64,000 nucleotides of DNA, taken from assembly GCF_026210795.1 (NCBI RefSeq), contig NC_089435.1:2356001-2420000 (forward strand). The letters run 5' to 3'. Numbering within the stretch: the first letter of the stretch is position 1; every line of letters starts with the position of its first letter. This DNA comes from Rhizophagus irregularis (taxonomy: Eukaryota). The notes under the pieces were generated by a model. It was not told the DNA's origin and searched no databases. It worked only from the letters and a program-made list of their open reading frames with translations. Shown piece by piece: positions 25,801 through 37,852 of this stretch. The position numbers were made by a program, and so were the translations under genes.

Positions 25801-27072
25801 AGATTTCCAAACACTTCCAAAAACTAAATTTTTTGTTCATCAGTTGGTTTATCAAATAAAGTTTGATTAAATCTATTTTTGTATTTATTGTTCCAGCAAT
25901 ATTTGATTTCTTTATCCGGTGTATAATAGAATAAAGAAGGTAAAAGAAATAAACCATTATAATCCATAAAATTATATAGTCGAATATCTAAATAAGAACA
26001 TAATGGTTTAATATGAATAATAATTAAAATATAAATAAAATTTTTAAAATAGTTACCATTATTTGTATCCAAAGAAGTAATAGGAATTCTAAATTCGATT
26101 GAATAAATGATGATTTTATCATTGATTTTTAGAAAAATAAACTTTTTGTTACTGAATATTCCAATATCTTTTGTTTTTAACTAAACAATAAATAGTATTT
26201 AATATATTTAATTATCGGTCAGTTTGAAAATAATTTTATAATATTTATTACCTTATTCTTGTCATTATTATTACCAAATATTTTTACAGTTTTCTCAGTA
26301 TTAATATCCCATTCATAAATGTAATCATCTGAAAATAGGTAAACTTTATCATATTTTGATATACTAATTAATTCATAATCTTCAGGCGTCTCGTAAAATC
26401 TCTTACATTCCCATTTGTTATTTTCAGTTTGCGTGGGATAAATCCAAATAGTTTTATGATTTCTAAAACTTACAGAACCAAAATTACTATATAAAATATA
26501 TAAAATAAGTTCACCTTTTAAATTAAAGTTACAGTAGTAATCTATTAGTTTGGCAACTTTTGTGTTTATATTTAATGCAATTTTTTCATTATTATTATTC
26601 ATATCGATTACTAAAAAAAATATATTAATGTTAAAATAAATATCAATTACCATAATTTAATAAATACATAATCAAATAATTATCACTTACTAGTAGAAAT
26701 ATATTTACGATCAGTATAAGTAGCATAAGCAAGTTTCTTATCATCAGAAACACACAAACTTTCGATTTCATCTTCATTAATTTTAACAGTTTGATCTAAT
26801 TTAAGTTGAACCTTATCTATATCTTCAACATTCCAACCGACAATTGAACGATCTTCTTTACTATAAGTAATAAGGTATTTTTCATTTGGTGATATTTCTA
26901 TCTTAGTAATAGGTTTACCATTATGTGATTTATTATCGAGGGTAAATATTTTGTCAACATCATTTATATCATCGATATCATTGAAGATAAATATTTTATC
27001 AACATCATCTTTATCAACATCGATTTCGATTTTGTCAGCATCATTGTTAATTTTTACTGGAATGTTATCCAT
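22827..27072 (-). CDS. TRP-like ion-transport membrane protein with WD40-like N-terminus and coiled-coil tail; one frameshift (pseudogene or sequencing error)
   Basis: Eight exons with GT-AG introns: 27072-26691, 26610-26252, 26180-26057, 25987-24153, 24066-23602, 23521-23346, 23273-23200, 23130-22827. Multiple TM segments, NFWNIFD, pore-like GDSSAL, MNLLIGLLN...QKAEILAEIELF. Frame break near 25830. Confidence 0.8.
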
Positions 27073-27821
27073 TGGTAATCGCTTATAAAATATATAAATT
27101 TATTGCCAGAGAAATAATTTTTATCTCGTCCATTTGCGATTTATATGTTATTTTGTGTAACATGCATGACTGTACGTAGAAAAAAAATTTTTTTGTTGTG
27201 AAAAGTTATTTGGGCTTTTTTATTTGCGCCTCCTGCATAAAAAAAATATTTTTATAGTGATTTTTAAACACTTGTGTAAGCAATTTCCACATACTGATAT
27301 TGCCACATCAATTTCTAAATCATTATCAAGTACGGTTCTTACTAAAATAGAAACTAATGACGCCCAATTACCTTTACAAGAAGATGCAAAAATGTTTGTA
27401 TTTATATTTCTAATTTCTACAACAAATGTAGGGTTTTTTTTGTTTGTTTGAAATTTCTTGTGTTATTCATAAAATTAATTTTCAAATGCAAATGATTGAT
27501 TATCTCTTATATCTGGGAATCAGTGTGACAAATGACAAATTGACAAGCCATTTTCTTTGTTTAAAAAAAACTCTACTTCCTAATTTAGTTTACGCCACTG
27601 CAGGTTCCCTTGTATTTTGCAGCAGGTCCACAGTCCACATGATAAACGGATCGACATAAATTTGCCTTTTTGCAAAATTACAATGAAATTTAGTTTTTCC
27701 TAAATTATATTTTTTTATTTTATTTTGTTTTTAAAAAATTTAATGAGTTACGAAATTATATAATATTTAAACCATTTTTTTTTTAAAGAAAAAATATGAA
27801 ATTAGTCGTTATATGGTAACA

Positions 27822-28518
27822 TAATGGTGTAGTTAGCCGAATTCCTGATTGCCGATCATCCGGACCCGGTTTAATCGCAGAAAATCCCTTGAAATTCCAC
27901 GATGTAATACCTAAGCCCATGATAAGTCACGTTGCCACCTTAGATATTGACAAAATAATACTTTATTAATGATATAAATAAATAAAAAAAATAACGGTCA
28001 AATATTTATCCTAAAATTTTAAATAATTCTCAAGATTCGTACCCTCTTTTTAACAAGATCAAATTATCTGCTATTTATAAGAATCCCAATATAGTAATCT
28101 GTTAAACTCAACCTACAACTGTTTATATTATGCGTTGCCTTAAAAACTAAATATTTACTAAATGCATTGCTAAAAAGTATTGTTCCACATTATCCAAACG
28201 ATGTTTATCATTACTAATTCATAATCTATTTCCTTAAACGTAAAGTCATTTTTAAATTATCTTCAAATTTATACTTATGGATCTACAAAATAATCACCTG
28301 ATATCTTAATCACTTGACCTAATAACTCATTTTTTTAGCGTCATCTCGGACGTTACATTTACAACGTCATACTATTTTAAAATACTAAAAATTTTATAAT
28401 TCTAAATATAATACTGCTTTCTAGGTAATATTATTATAGCATTACAACGACGATCTACGCCTGAGCCGGGTCTGGATCACGTTGCGACTAATTTATTTTT
28501 TGGCCAACTACACCATTA
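27822..28518. mobile_element. MITE interrupted by a solo LTR
   Basis: Inverted ends TAATGGTGTAGTTAGCC / GGCCAACTACACCATTA (1 mismatch); second partial copy at 15199. Confidence 0.75.
27903..28446 (-). mobile_element. Solo LTR related to the Gypsy LTR at 54510-55132
   Basis: TGTAA...TTACA ends; 4-bp TSD ACGA at 27899-27902 and 28447-28450; both ends match the reverse complement of the 54510 LTR ends. Confidence 0.88.
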
Positions 28519-28861
28519 TGTCGGTAATGCCAGTCGCAAATATTCAAAAATTATGACCTTTGTAAAAAATTGATTTAGTAAATAGTTTATACGCTAAAAA
28601 AAAAAATTATAAAAGAAATATTGATAAAAAAAGCAAATTCCTACAGACACTCTAGGCCCATTCAAGACAGATACAAATTTTAACCGACAATTCAATTATT
28701 TATAAACAATATCAAAAAAATTCTAATATATATGATTCGCTTTGAAAATGCAATATGATCGGTTAATGACACTCGCAAAAAATTTTTTCGAGTAATTTGT
28801 TTTCTAAAATAAATAAAATAATAAAATCAATTTTCCGAAATGACGATCAACAAGAATCAAA

Positions 28862-29168
28862 ATGAAACTTTTAACTTTTTTCACTCTTGCTCCTCTTAAC
28901 AATCTTTGCTACTTTTGCATCTGCACGAAAATGTTAGGGATGTTGTGCAGACACAAGAATTACTAGTAAGTTTTTCGAAAATTTATGAAAAACAAAATTA
29001 TAATTCTGGCCGCATATTTAGTTATTTTTTTGTGATGTTTTTAAATCTCTTTTTTTTTGGATTATTTTTGTTTTTGGCTGTTTTTGAATTTGCATTGCGA
29101 GCTTTGCAAATGTAATGTGAATGCAAGCCTGATTCAAAACAATAATATTGCACCTTCCATCAGCAATA
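28862..29168 (+). pseudogene. Possible small secreted Cys-rich peptide pseudogene
   Basis: ATG MKLLTFF, then a frameshifted signal-like LLLLLTIFATFASARKC*GCCADTRIT, a GTAAG donor, and later Cys-rich codons. Confidence 0.35.
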
Positions 29169-29477
29169 ATGTATAACCAGTTTTTTTACCACAAATTTCA
29201 AATTTAGATAGTTGAAATTTAGATTTTCTTTGCAAATTGTTAAAAGTGTATATATATATATATAATCAATAATACATACTACGTATTATTTACTTGCATT
29301 ATTTAAAAAGATAAATAATGTTAGTTGTCATTAAATAATTGTAAAATTTGTATCAAAAAAAAAAAAAATTTAAAAATTTTGGTTTATAAATATTTTCAGT
29401 TAGAGTATTTTTGTAAATGCCAGTAAAATGTAACTCATAGATTTGATTTCAATATTTCAATACAAAAAATTAAATAA

Positions 29478-29505
29478 TGGGGGACGAAGTCCCCGCATAA
29501 CATAG
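29478..29505 (+). mobile_element. Helitron-like 3' terminus
   Basis: GC hairpin GGGGAC-GAA-GTCCCC followed within about 10 nt by CATAG|T (canonical is CTRR|T); 5' end not defined. Confidence 0.35.
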
Positions 29506-29783
29506 TAACACGCTGATCATTAAGTCACATTTTTTTGATTAACCGCTTTTTGGTATTAGACTAAGGAAAAAAATTAGATGCCGCAAGCAATAAAGAAGCT
29601 TTTCTACTTTTAGATAACAATATTTTTTAATCATATAATTAAGTCTAACGTAACCATGCCGTCCTTGTAATTCATGCAACAATCGGAGCCTCCATCAAAA
29701 TCTGCATTTCCTACATACTGTAGGTAAATCTGTCAATTTTGGCCGAATTAGCTGAAATTTTTTACTGAGAAAATTTGGCCTTA

Positions 29784-30579
29784 TAGTGCAGAACCTCTAT
29801 ACTCAACTACTTATGTATAGTAACAATTGATTGATTATAAATTCCTAAAAAAAATTTTTTTATATTAAAGTAAAAAATTTAACCGATAATTTTTATAGAT
29901 ATGACCATTAGCTTTAAAAATTATCGGTTATTTTTTTTCTAAATTAAATTTTGGCTGAGTTTTAGCTGTTTAAAATCTGTAATTTAAATATATTGATTAA
30001 ATTTAGTCAAAATTGAGACTAGTTTAAATTTTGTATTACACGTTTTTTTAGCTACATTTAATGTACAGATTTTTTTTTTAATATGCCAAGAAGAAAAAAA
30101 ATTTTAAAACTGCAAAAAAAGATTTAATGAATAAGGTTGTTTAAATATAGGTCAATTTAATGTTATAGATGATAATTATATACCATCAAGTGAATATTTA
30201 AAAGACAGTTCAGATGAATTTATAAATGAAAAAATTCAAAAACTAAGTAATTTTACTTTAATTTAGTCAAAAAATACATATAATAAAATACAAATCTCAT
30301 TATCGTATACCTAATTCATCAGTTTATAATGAAATATAATAAATAAATATATTATATAAATTTTATATCATATAACTTATAAAATCCTAATTTCTGATTG
30401 GTTAATATATGTATTACGTGATGCTTACATAATCTGAAAAATTGAGACTTTTTTTTTATTTTATAAATCAATTCTTTTTAATAAATAGAGTTTAATTTTT
30501 TTTATAAAATTAAAATCCAATCATAAAATTAAATTTTATTTAAATTTTTTTAAGTTCCTATTATAGAGGTTCTGCACCG
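29784..30579. mobile_element. Tc1/pogo-type MITE (796 bp)
   Basis: TIR CGGTGCAGAACCTCTATA (left copy reads TAGTGCAGAACCTCTATA); TA at 29782-29783 and 30580-30581. Confidence 0.8.
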
Positions 30580-31535
30580 TACAAAAGAAGCAATCCATCA
30601 AGCTCTCTAAATTTAATGAAATTTACCCTAAATAATGTCCCCTATAAATTGGAATACGACCTATCGAGTTTTATTTTAGTCGCTATTACTACACAATTTT
30701 ACAACCCTAATTCTTCTTTTTTTATAGTTCCTAATTAACCGACGTCTTTAAAAAAATTAGTTTTTTCTTAAAAATTTAGCAAACAAACTTTGCTGTGTAA
30801 CCGTTAATTTATCTTTAGTGCTGTGGGCATTTTCGTTTCAAATTTCTTTTTTTTGATTAATTTCTTAATTTCATCGAATTTTTTCATTATCGTACTTGAT
30901 TCTCTATTGATAGAGGAACAAACTGAATTAAATTAATAAAATTATTAATTCAACTTAAAATTTTAATAATTTAGGTCGATTCAAATTATATGAGACTGTA
31001 CACATATTGACTTTTAGATCATTATGTAAGAAATCATTCAATCATTCAATCATTCCTCCGTATATTTATTAATTTATACAGTAATTTTACGTAGTATAGT
31101 AGTACAACTGTATTAATATCAAAACTATAAATTTATTGTAATAACAATAAAAAATTATTTTTTTGGACATTTCCACGTCAATTAGCTAGGTGCTTCAGGC
31201 ACCCTGTGTGATTCTTGTCATGTTTAATATTATTTCATGGGGTGTGATTAACTATTTTAACTATTTTAAACTAAAATTAGAAATTTCCCGGTTATCTATA
31301 TGAGACTGCTGGAAAATAAGTATAAACTCAGCAATCACTCGCAATTTTCAAAAATTAATCATGAGTGACACTTAGTGCGAAAGGGGATTAATTTGCTAAA
31401 TCATCGTCCCCCAAAAAATTCGCCCCTTGAAATCAGGAAAACTCTTGAAATCGTGATTATACTTTTTTTATTTCGTTCATATAATGTTATCTAGGCTTTA
31501 CCAATACATTCTCTTTGTATTTATTTATACATATT

Positions 31536-31865
31536 AGCCCTGTTCATTTCCGGTCGGTTACATTTTTCGGTCGGATTTTGTTGTATAAAAATTATCCGAA
31601 AAAATTTTTTATTTTCAATCGCAAATTGAACTGCTTTAGATTGAAATTTAATTCGAACTCCTTCTATTAATATATATTTTTTTTTAAATGTCACGTAAAC
31701 AGAAATTATCTAATTTTGGTTGGTTGTTTTTGGCGTTCGAACAAAAAACCCCAAAAAATTGGGCTAAAAGTTCAGAAAATGGTTGCGTTGTACAAACTGA
31801 TCTGCCCAATCAAAATTAACTTAAATCTGACCAAAAAATGCGACCGACCGGAAATGAACAGGGCT
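31536..31865. mobile_element. PIF/Harbinger-like MITE, copy 1
   Basis: Long TIR beginning AGCCCTGTTCATTTCCGGTCGG; flanked by ATT on both sides. Confidence 0.85.
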
Positions 31866-31868
31866 ATT

Positions 31869-32199
31869 AGCCCTGTTCATTTCCGGTCGGTTGCATTTTT
31901 CGGTTGGATTTTGTTGTACAAAAATTATCCAATAAAATTTTTTTATTTTCGATCGCAAATTGAACTGCTTTAGATTGAAATTTAGTTCAAACTCCTTCTA
32001 TTGATATATTTTTTTCTTAAATGTCACGTAAACAGAAATTATCTAATTTTGGTTGGTTATTTTTGGCGTTCGACCAAAAAACCCCAAAAAAATTGGGCTA
32101 AAAGTTCAGAAAATGGTTGCATTGTACAAACTGATCAGCCCAATCAAAATTAACTTAAATCCGACCGAAAAATGTGACCGACCGGAAATGAACAGGGCT
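31869..32199. mobile_element. PIF/Harbinger-like MITE, copy 2 (tandem)
   Basis: Same TIRs as copy 1; ATT at 31866-31868 and 32200-32202. Confidence 0.85.
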
Positions 32200-34830
32200 A
32201 TTGTAAAGTTATTGAAGAAATTTCAGTCGAAGACCGTACAATAACTGAGTTATAGTTCGATCATTAGGAATACTGCGGTGACCAATAGGAATTAATGCTA
32301 CTAATAACGATTTCAAATATTGGATGTCTCATTAAAAGTTATTGTTCAGCCGATTAAGAATTTAATGACCGATATTTTTTATCTTCAATGTTTATTTCTT
32401 GTTTCATTTCAGATTATATAATTATGTAATAAAATTATTTTAAAACATTTTTTTTGTGGAGCGGAATCATAATTCCATTCTTAACAGGTTATATATATTT
32501 TTATATATTTGTTAATCTTCAATGTTTATTTTCTTGTTTACATTTCAGATTATATATTTATGTAATAAGGTAAATTAAATTAAAAAAAATTTTTTTTGTG
32601 GAGCGGAATCATAATTCCATTCTTACACAGGCTATATGTAAATTACTTATTTCACGGGGAGTCATGAATATCAATGATCTTCACGGCTGCTGATTGAACC
32701 TATCAAATTAAATTTTTTAAACTCATATACAGTATATATATTTATTTATATTTATTTTAATCAATGTTTATATATATTATTGGATGGAAAATATTATCTC
32801 TTTGTATTTATATACTTATTTCTCTATTATTAACAGTAAAAATAACATTGTAAGGTTATTGAAGAGATATCGGTCGAAAACCGTCCAATAACTGAGTTAT
32901 AGTTCGATCATAGTTCAATACTGCGATGACCAATAGGAATTAATGCTATTAATAATGATTTCAATATTGGATATCTCATTAAAAGTTATTTGTTCAGTCG
33001 ATTAAGAATTTAATGACCGATATTTTTATCTTCAATGTTTATTTCTTGTTTCATTTCAGATTATATATTTATGTAATACGATAAATTAAAACATTTTTTT
33101 TGTGGAGCGGAATCATAATTCCATTCTTAACAGGTTATATATATTTTTATATATTTGTTAATCTTCAATGTTTATTTTCTTGTTTACATTTCAGATTATA
33201 TATTTATGTAATAAGATAAATTAAATTAAAAAAAATTTTTTTGTGGAGCGGAATCATAATTCCATTCTTACACAGGCTATATGTAAATTACTTATTTCAC
33301 GGGGAGTCATGAATATCAATGATCTTCACGGCGGCTGCTGATTGAACCTATCAAAAATTTTTTAAACTCATATACAGTATATATATTTATTTATATTTAT
33401 TTTAATCAATGTTTATATATATTATTGGATGGAAAATATTATCTCTTTGTATTTATATACTTATTTCTCTATTATTAACAGTAAAAATAACATTGCAAGG
33501 TTATTGAAGAGATATCGGCCGAAAACCGTCCAATAACTGAGTTATAGTTCGATCATAGTTCAATACTGCGATGATCAATAGGAATTAATGCTATTAATAA
33601 TAACGATTTCAAATATTGGATGTCTCATTAAAAGTTATTGTTCAGCCGATTAAGAATTTAATGACCGATATTTTTTATCTTCAATGTTTATTTCTTGTTT
33701 CATTTCAGATTATATAATTATGTAATAAAATTATTTTAAAACATTTTTTTTGTGGAGCGGAATCATAATTCCATTCTTAACAGGTTATATATATTTTTAT
33801 ATATTTGTTAATCTTCAATGTTTATTTTCTTGTTTACATTTCAGATTATATATTTATGTAATAAGATAAATTAAATTAAAAAAAATTTTTTTGTGGAGCG
33901 GAATCATAATTCCATTCTTACACAGGCTATATGTAAATTACTTATTTCACGGGGAGTCATGAATATCAATGATCTTCACGGCTGCTGATTGAACCTATCA
34001 AATTAAATTTTTTAAACTCATATACAGTATATATATTTATTTATATTTATTTTAATCAATGTTTATATATATTATTGGATGGAAAATATTATCTCTTTGT
34101 ATTTATATACTTATTTCTCTATTATTAACAGTAAAAATAACATTGTAAGGTTATTGAAGAGATATCGGTCGAAAACCGTCCAATAACTGAGTTATAGTTC
34201 GATCATAGTTCAATACTGCGATGATCAATAGGAATTAATGCTATTAATAATGATTTCAATATTGGATATCTCATTAAAAGTTATTTGTTCAGTCGATTAA
34301 GAATTTAATGACCGATATTTTTATCTTCAATGTTTATTTCTTGTTTCATTTCAGATTATATATTTATGTAATACGATAAATTAAAAATTTTTTTTTGTGG
34401 AGCGGACTCATAATTCCATTCTTTAACAGGTTATATATATTTTTATATATTTGTTAATCTTTAATGTTTATTTTCTTTTTTACATTTCAGATTATATATT
34501 TATGTAATGAGATAAATTAAATTAAAAAATTTTTTTTTTGTGGAGCGGAATCATAATTCCATTCTTAACAGATTATATATATTTTTATATATTGGTTAAT
34601 CTTCAATGTTTAGTTTCTTGTTTACATTTCAGACTATACATTTATGTAATAGATTATATTAAAAAAAATTTTTTTGTGGAGCGGAATCATAATTCCATTC
34701 TTACACAGGCTATGTATATATTTTAATACTTAATGTTTATTTTTTGTATTATTATTTACGTAATAAGATAAACTAAATTATTTTTTTTTTTGTGGAGCGG
34801 AATTAATTGCTATCATAATTCCGTTCTTAT
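32200..34830. repeat. Tandem array of about 647-bp units x4 with an internal about 145-bp sub-repeat
   Basis: Unit starts at 32200, 32847, 33492, 34142; ten copies of TTTGTGGAGCGGA. Confidence 0.92.
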
Positions 34831-35034
34831 GCCGATCAATAATTTACCCCTCGTTTCGAAATATTCACCTTAATATATAAACAAACCGCAAAAATATCCG
34901 CTATTTTTTAAATAGAAGTCTATAAAAAATATAAAAACCTTCCATTTTGATTAAAGAATAAAAATTAATTTGCTTTTTTAAATTTAAATTTCCTAATTAT
35001 ATTAATTACTTATTATCATCTGGATTTGAACAAC

Positions 35035-35607
35035 ATGAATTCAAATAACCAAAATACACAAGATTATTATAATTTACAAACGGATCAAACTGAAAATAGC
35101 CCTTCTCCTCAACAAATTTCTAATAATAATAATAATAATGAAAACATCCAACATACTTTAATTAACAATGTTGGAGTATCTAATACGAATTTAAACACCT
35201 TGCACATTAATACTATTAATTCTACGACTCTTGCGCCTAATAATACTACATTTGAGTTTTATTTTTATTTACCAAACGATACTCGTATCTATCGTGTTAC
35301 TTATTCTGAATTAAATCCATCAGAAAATGTTCAAATTTTGAATAATAGGATTAATCTATCTCATGTCCCTGATTACCAGTTGCCGTACCATTATAATGTA
35401 CAATCCCTAATTCGGCAACAGATTCAGCAACAAGTCCAACATCCTATTGTTTATCAACAAGATAACATTCAACAACAATACTTCGATACTACTCAACCAA
35501 CTTCCCAAGTATACTCAAATAATGACACCTATAATACAACTTCAATTTCAGTAGACGGAACTGTTTCTTATGATATGGGAAATATGGGATTCCAGAATTC
35601 TCCCTAA
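35035..35607 (+). CDS. Asn/Gln-rich hypothetical protein, paralog 2
   Basis: First ATG at 35035; intact ORF with the family motifs. Confidence 0.8.
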   Translation: MNSNNQNTQDYYNLQTDQTENSPSPQQISNNNNNNENIQHTLINNVGVSNTNLNTLHINTINSTTLAPNNTTFEFYFYLPNDTRIYRVTYSELNPSENVQILNNRINLSHVPDYQLPYHYNVQSLIRQQIQQQVQHPIVYQQDNIQQQYFDTTQPTSQVYSNNDTYNTTSISVDGTVSYDMGNMGFQNSP

Positions 35608-36029
35608 GAACTACGAGGCTAATTATTAAATTTAATTGTTGTTGGTATGTTGGTAAAATAAAGTAAATGTTGTGTAAAAAAAATTTATTAATAAAAATCT
35701 GTTTATGAAATGATAACTCATTTATTTTTTTACATAATTATTAATTTGTTTAGCGTAAATTAAATGATCTTTGCCTCTCTATAAAGAATGGTTTTCTTGT
35801 TCAAGGCTTATTTAATTAATTTCATTTTATTATTTTATATATTTATTATAATGAAGCCACAGGGTGTAGTGACCTAGTGGTTATTTTTAATTTTATTCTT
35901 ACTTTATTTTGGTTTTGTATTATTAGTAGTATTTTTTTTATTTTCGATATATTTCATTTACATTTATATATAGTTTTCTTCTTTATAATACTTTATTAAT
36001 TTGATAGTAGGTTTTTATTTTCTATTCTC

Positions 36030-36640
36030 GTAAGCGATGACCAACTAGTTGGTAGCCTCTTGTAATTTCTTGAAACTGTTGAAGAACACCACCACGTACT
36101 AGTTTCTTCGTTTATCCTGGCGGATTAAAAGTTTAAATAATTTTATTCACTAGCGATGATTGACGCTCTTTTCGGAACCAATTAGTATTAAAAAATAATT
36201 AATATGTAACTAGTAAAAAAAAATAAAACTATAAATACCAGGAACGGGTAAATCTAAATAAACCGAAAAAGTGATTTTAATGATATTAAATAATATATAC
36301 TGTTTTTTTATCGATTAACTACTACGTTAGTTTCTTGAGCTACGATGCAGTTCTTCTTATTATTCCACAAAAATTTTTTTTCGTTATAGCGATAGGATTT
36401 GTGGTTACAATATAACAGATATGTTCCTGTATCAACACTAAGTTTATAGGAGAGAAAGAGCAAACTGTCAAAATTGCATGATAATTTTCACGAGAAGAAA
36501 AGATCAAATGGGAATATTAGATTGCAGTTCAAAGGAGTATGTTTGTACATCCTACTCAGTTAAACGTTCTGATAGTCACTATACTTTATCGTTAGGGGAT
36601 TCATGACCGTACCAGGGTTTAAATATGGCTGTATTGACCT
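36030..36640. pseudogene. Rearranged relic of the unknown gene family (copy 2)
   Basis: 36030-36415 matches 45600-46520 on the + strand; 36417-36640 matches about 46750-47005 in inverted orientation. Confidence 0.5.
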
Positions 36641-37852
36641 TAGTATGGAATGGTTTCGTCAGCTGTTGGTCTTTTATTAGGATCAGAATCCCAACACCTC
36701 TTCATTAATCTTACATATATAACATATATAGCGGGTAATGTGTCTTCAACAATTTTCGGTCTCAATCCTTTACAAATATCTAAAGAAAGGTCAAAATCAT
36801 GAGGTCTATTGTTGAAAACAGGAATACCAGATGTAAGTTCCCACATAATAATTCCAAAAGAATAAATATCAGAAGCTTTAGTATATAGCTTTCCACGCAA
36901 TACTTCTGGAGCTATGTAAAGAATTACTCCATAAATTTCATTTGTAATAGCAGTTTTATTTACTGGTCTACTTAATCCAAAATCGCTTATAACATGTCGG
37001 TTACCGATACTACTTAGAAGTACATTTCCACTATGAAAATCATCATGAACTAAATTACGCTTGTGTAAAGTTAAAAGTGCTTTTGCAATATACACTAAAC
37101 TATGATATTTTTGATAAGATTTTATTCTTAAATTAGTTCTTAGATTTCCTTCATCCATAAATTTCATTACCATCATATAATTTGATGTTTCTGGATCTTG
37201 CGTTATTCTATATGTGCGTACAGCTGACTCATAAGAACGACTTCGACTCACACATTGCAGATGATTTGTCAACTAAAAATTAAACAATAATATTAAATTA
37301 AAACAAGTATGTACTTTTTTAAAAGAAAAACTTACTTCGTTTAAGAAAATCATCATTAATATTTGATGAATTATTTAAGCTCTTAATGCAACATGAAATC
37401 CCCTTCTTTTTTTATTAAGTGATGATTTAACATCTTTTGCAATTTCATAGTCATTACTATACATAACGAAAACGGTATACCTTTCCCATTTTTTGGCTTT
37501 ATTATTCCACTGTTCTATATACCCATCTAACCAAATAGCTCTATAGACAGTACTAAATCCACCTTTAGAAAGATATTTAATATTTCTAAATCTATTGTAA
37601 GGAATCCATCCTATAACAACTTCTTTTTTTCTTGCTTTCAGTTGAGTTTCTTGAATAAACTTGTCAATATATTTATTTCCACTAGTCCATTTACCAAAAT
37701 CATGTTGAAAATTGGCACCAAACATAGAAGGTTTTTGGTTGTTCACAATCGGTACATAAACCATATTTATTTTTTCTATATTCATATTCACTCAAAGTAT
37801 TTGAATTATTACTTCTGAAATTTCTGAAGTTCCTATTAGACTTTTTAGACAT
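36640..37852 (-). pseudogene. TKL-type Ser/Thr protein kinase pseudogene
   Basis: ATG at 37852; CTDC, WTSGNKYIDKFIQ, KGGFSTVY, VAL, HDDFHSGN, SDFGL, YIAPE, DIYSFG, RCWDSDPNKRP; intron 37335-37273; frameshifts near 37715 and 37380; truncated C-terminus. Confidence 0.88.

Noticed and set aside
31716..32244. Two similar short ORFs
   Set aside because: Arise from the duplicated MITE; TTG starts and no domain
32200..34830. CRISPR-like recurrence of GTGGAGCGGAATCATAATTCC
   Set aside because: Intervening sequences are themselves repeated rather than unique spacers; eukaryotic context; no cas genes
35861..35885. tRNA-like GGTGTAGTGACCTAGTGGTTA
   Set aside because: Only an A-box-like fragment; no anticodon arm, T-arm or acceptor complement
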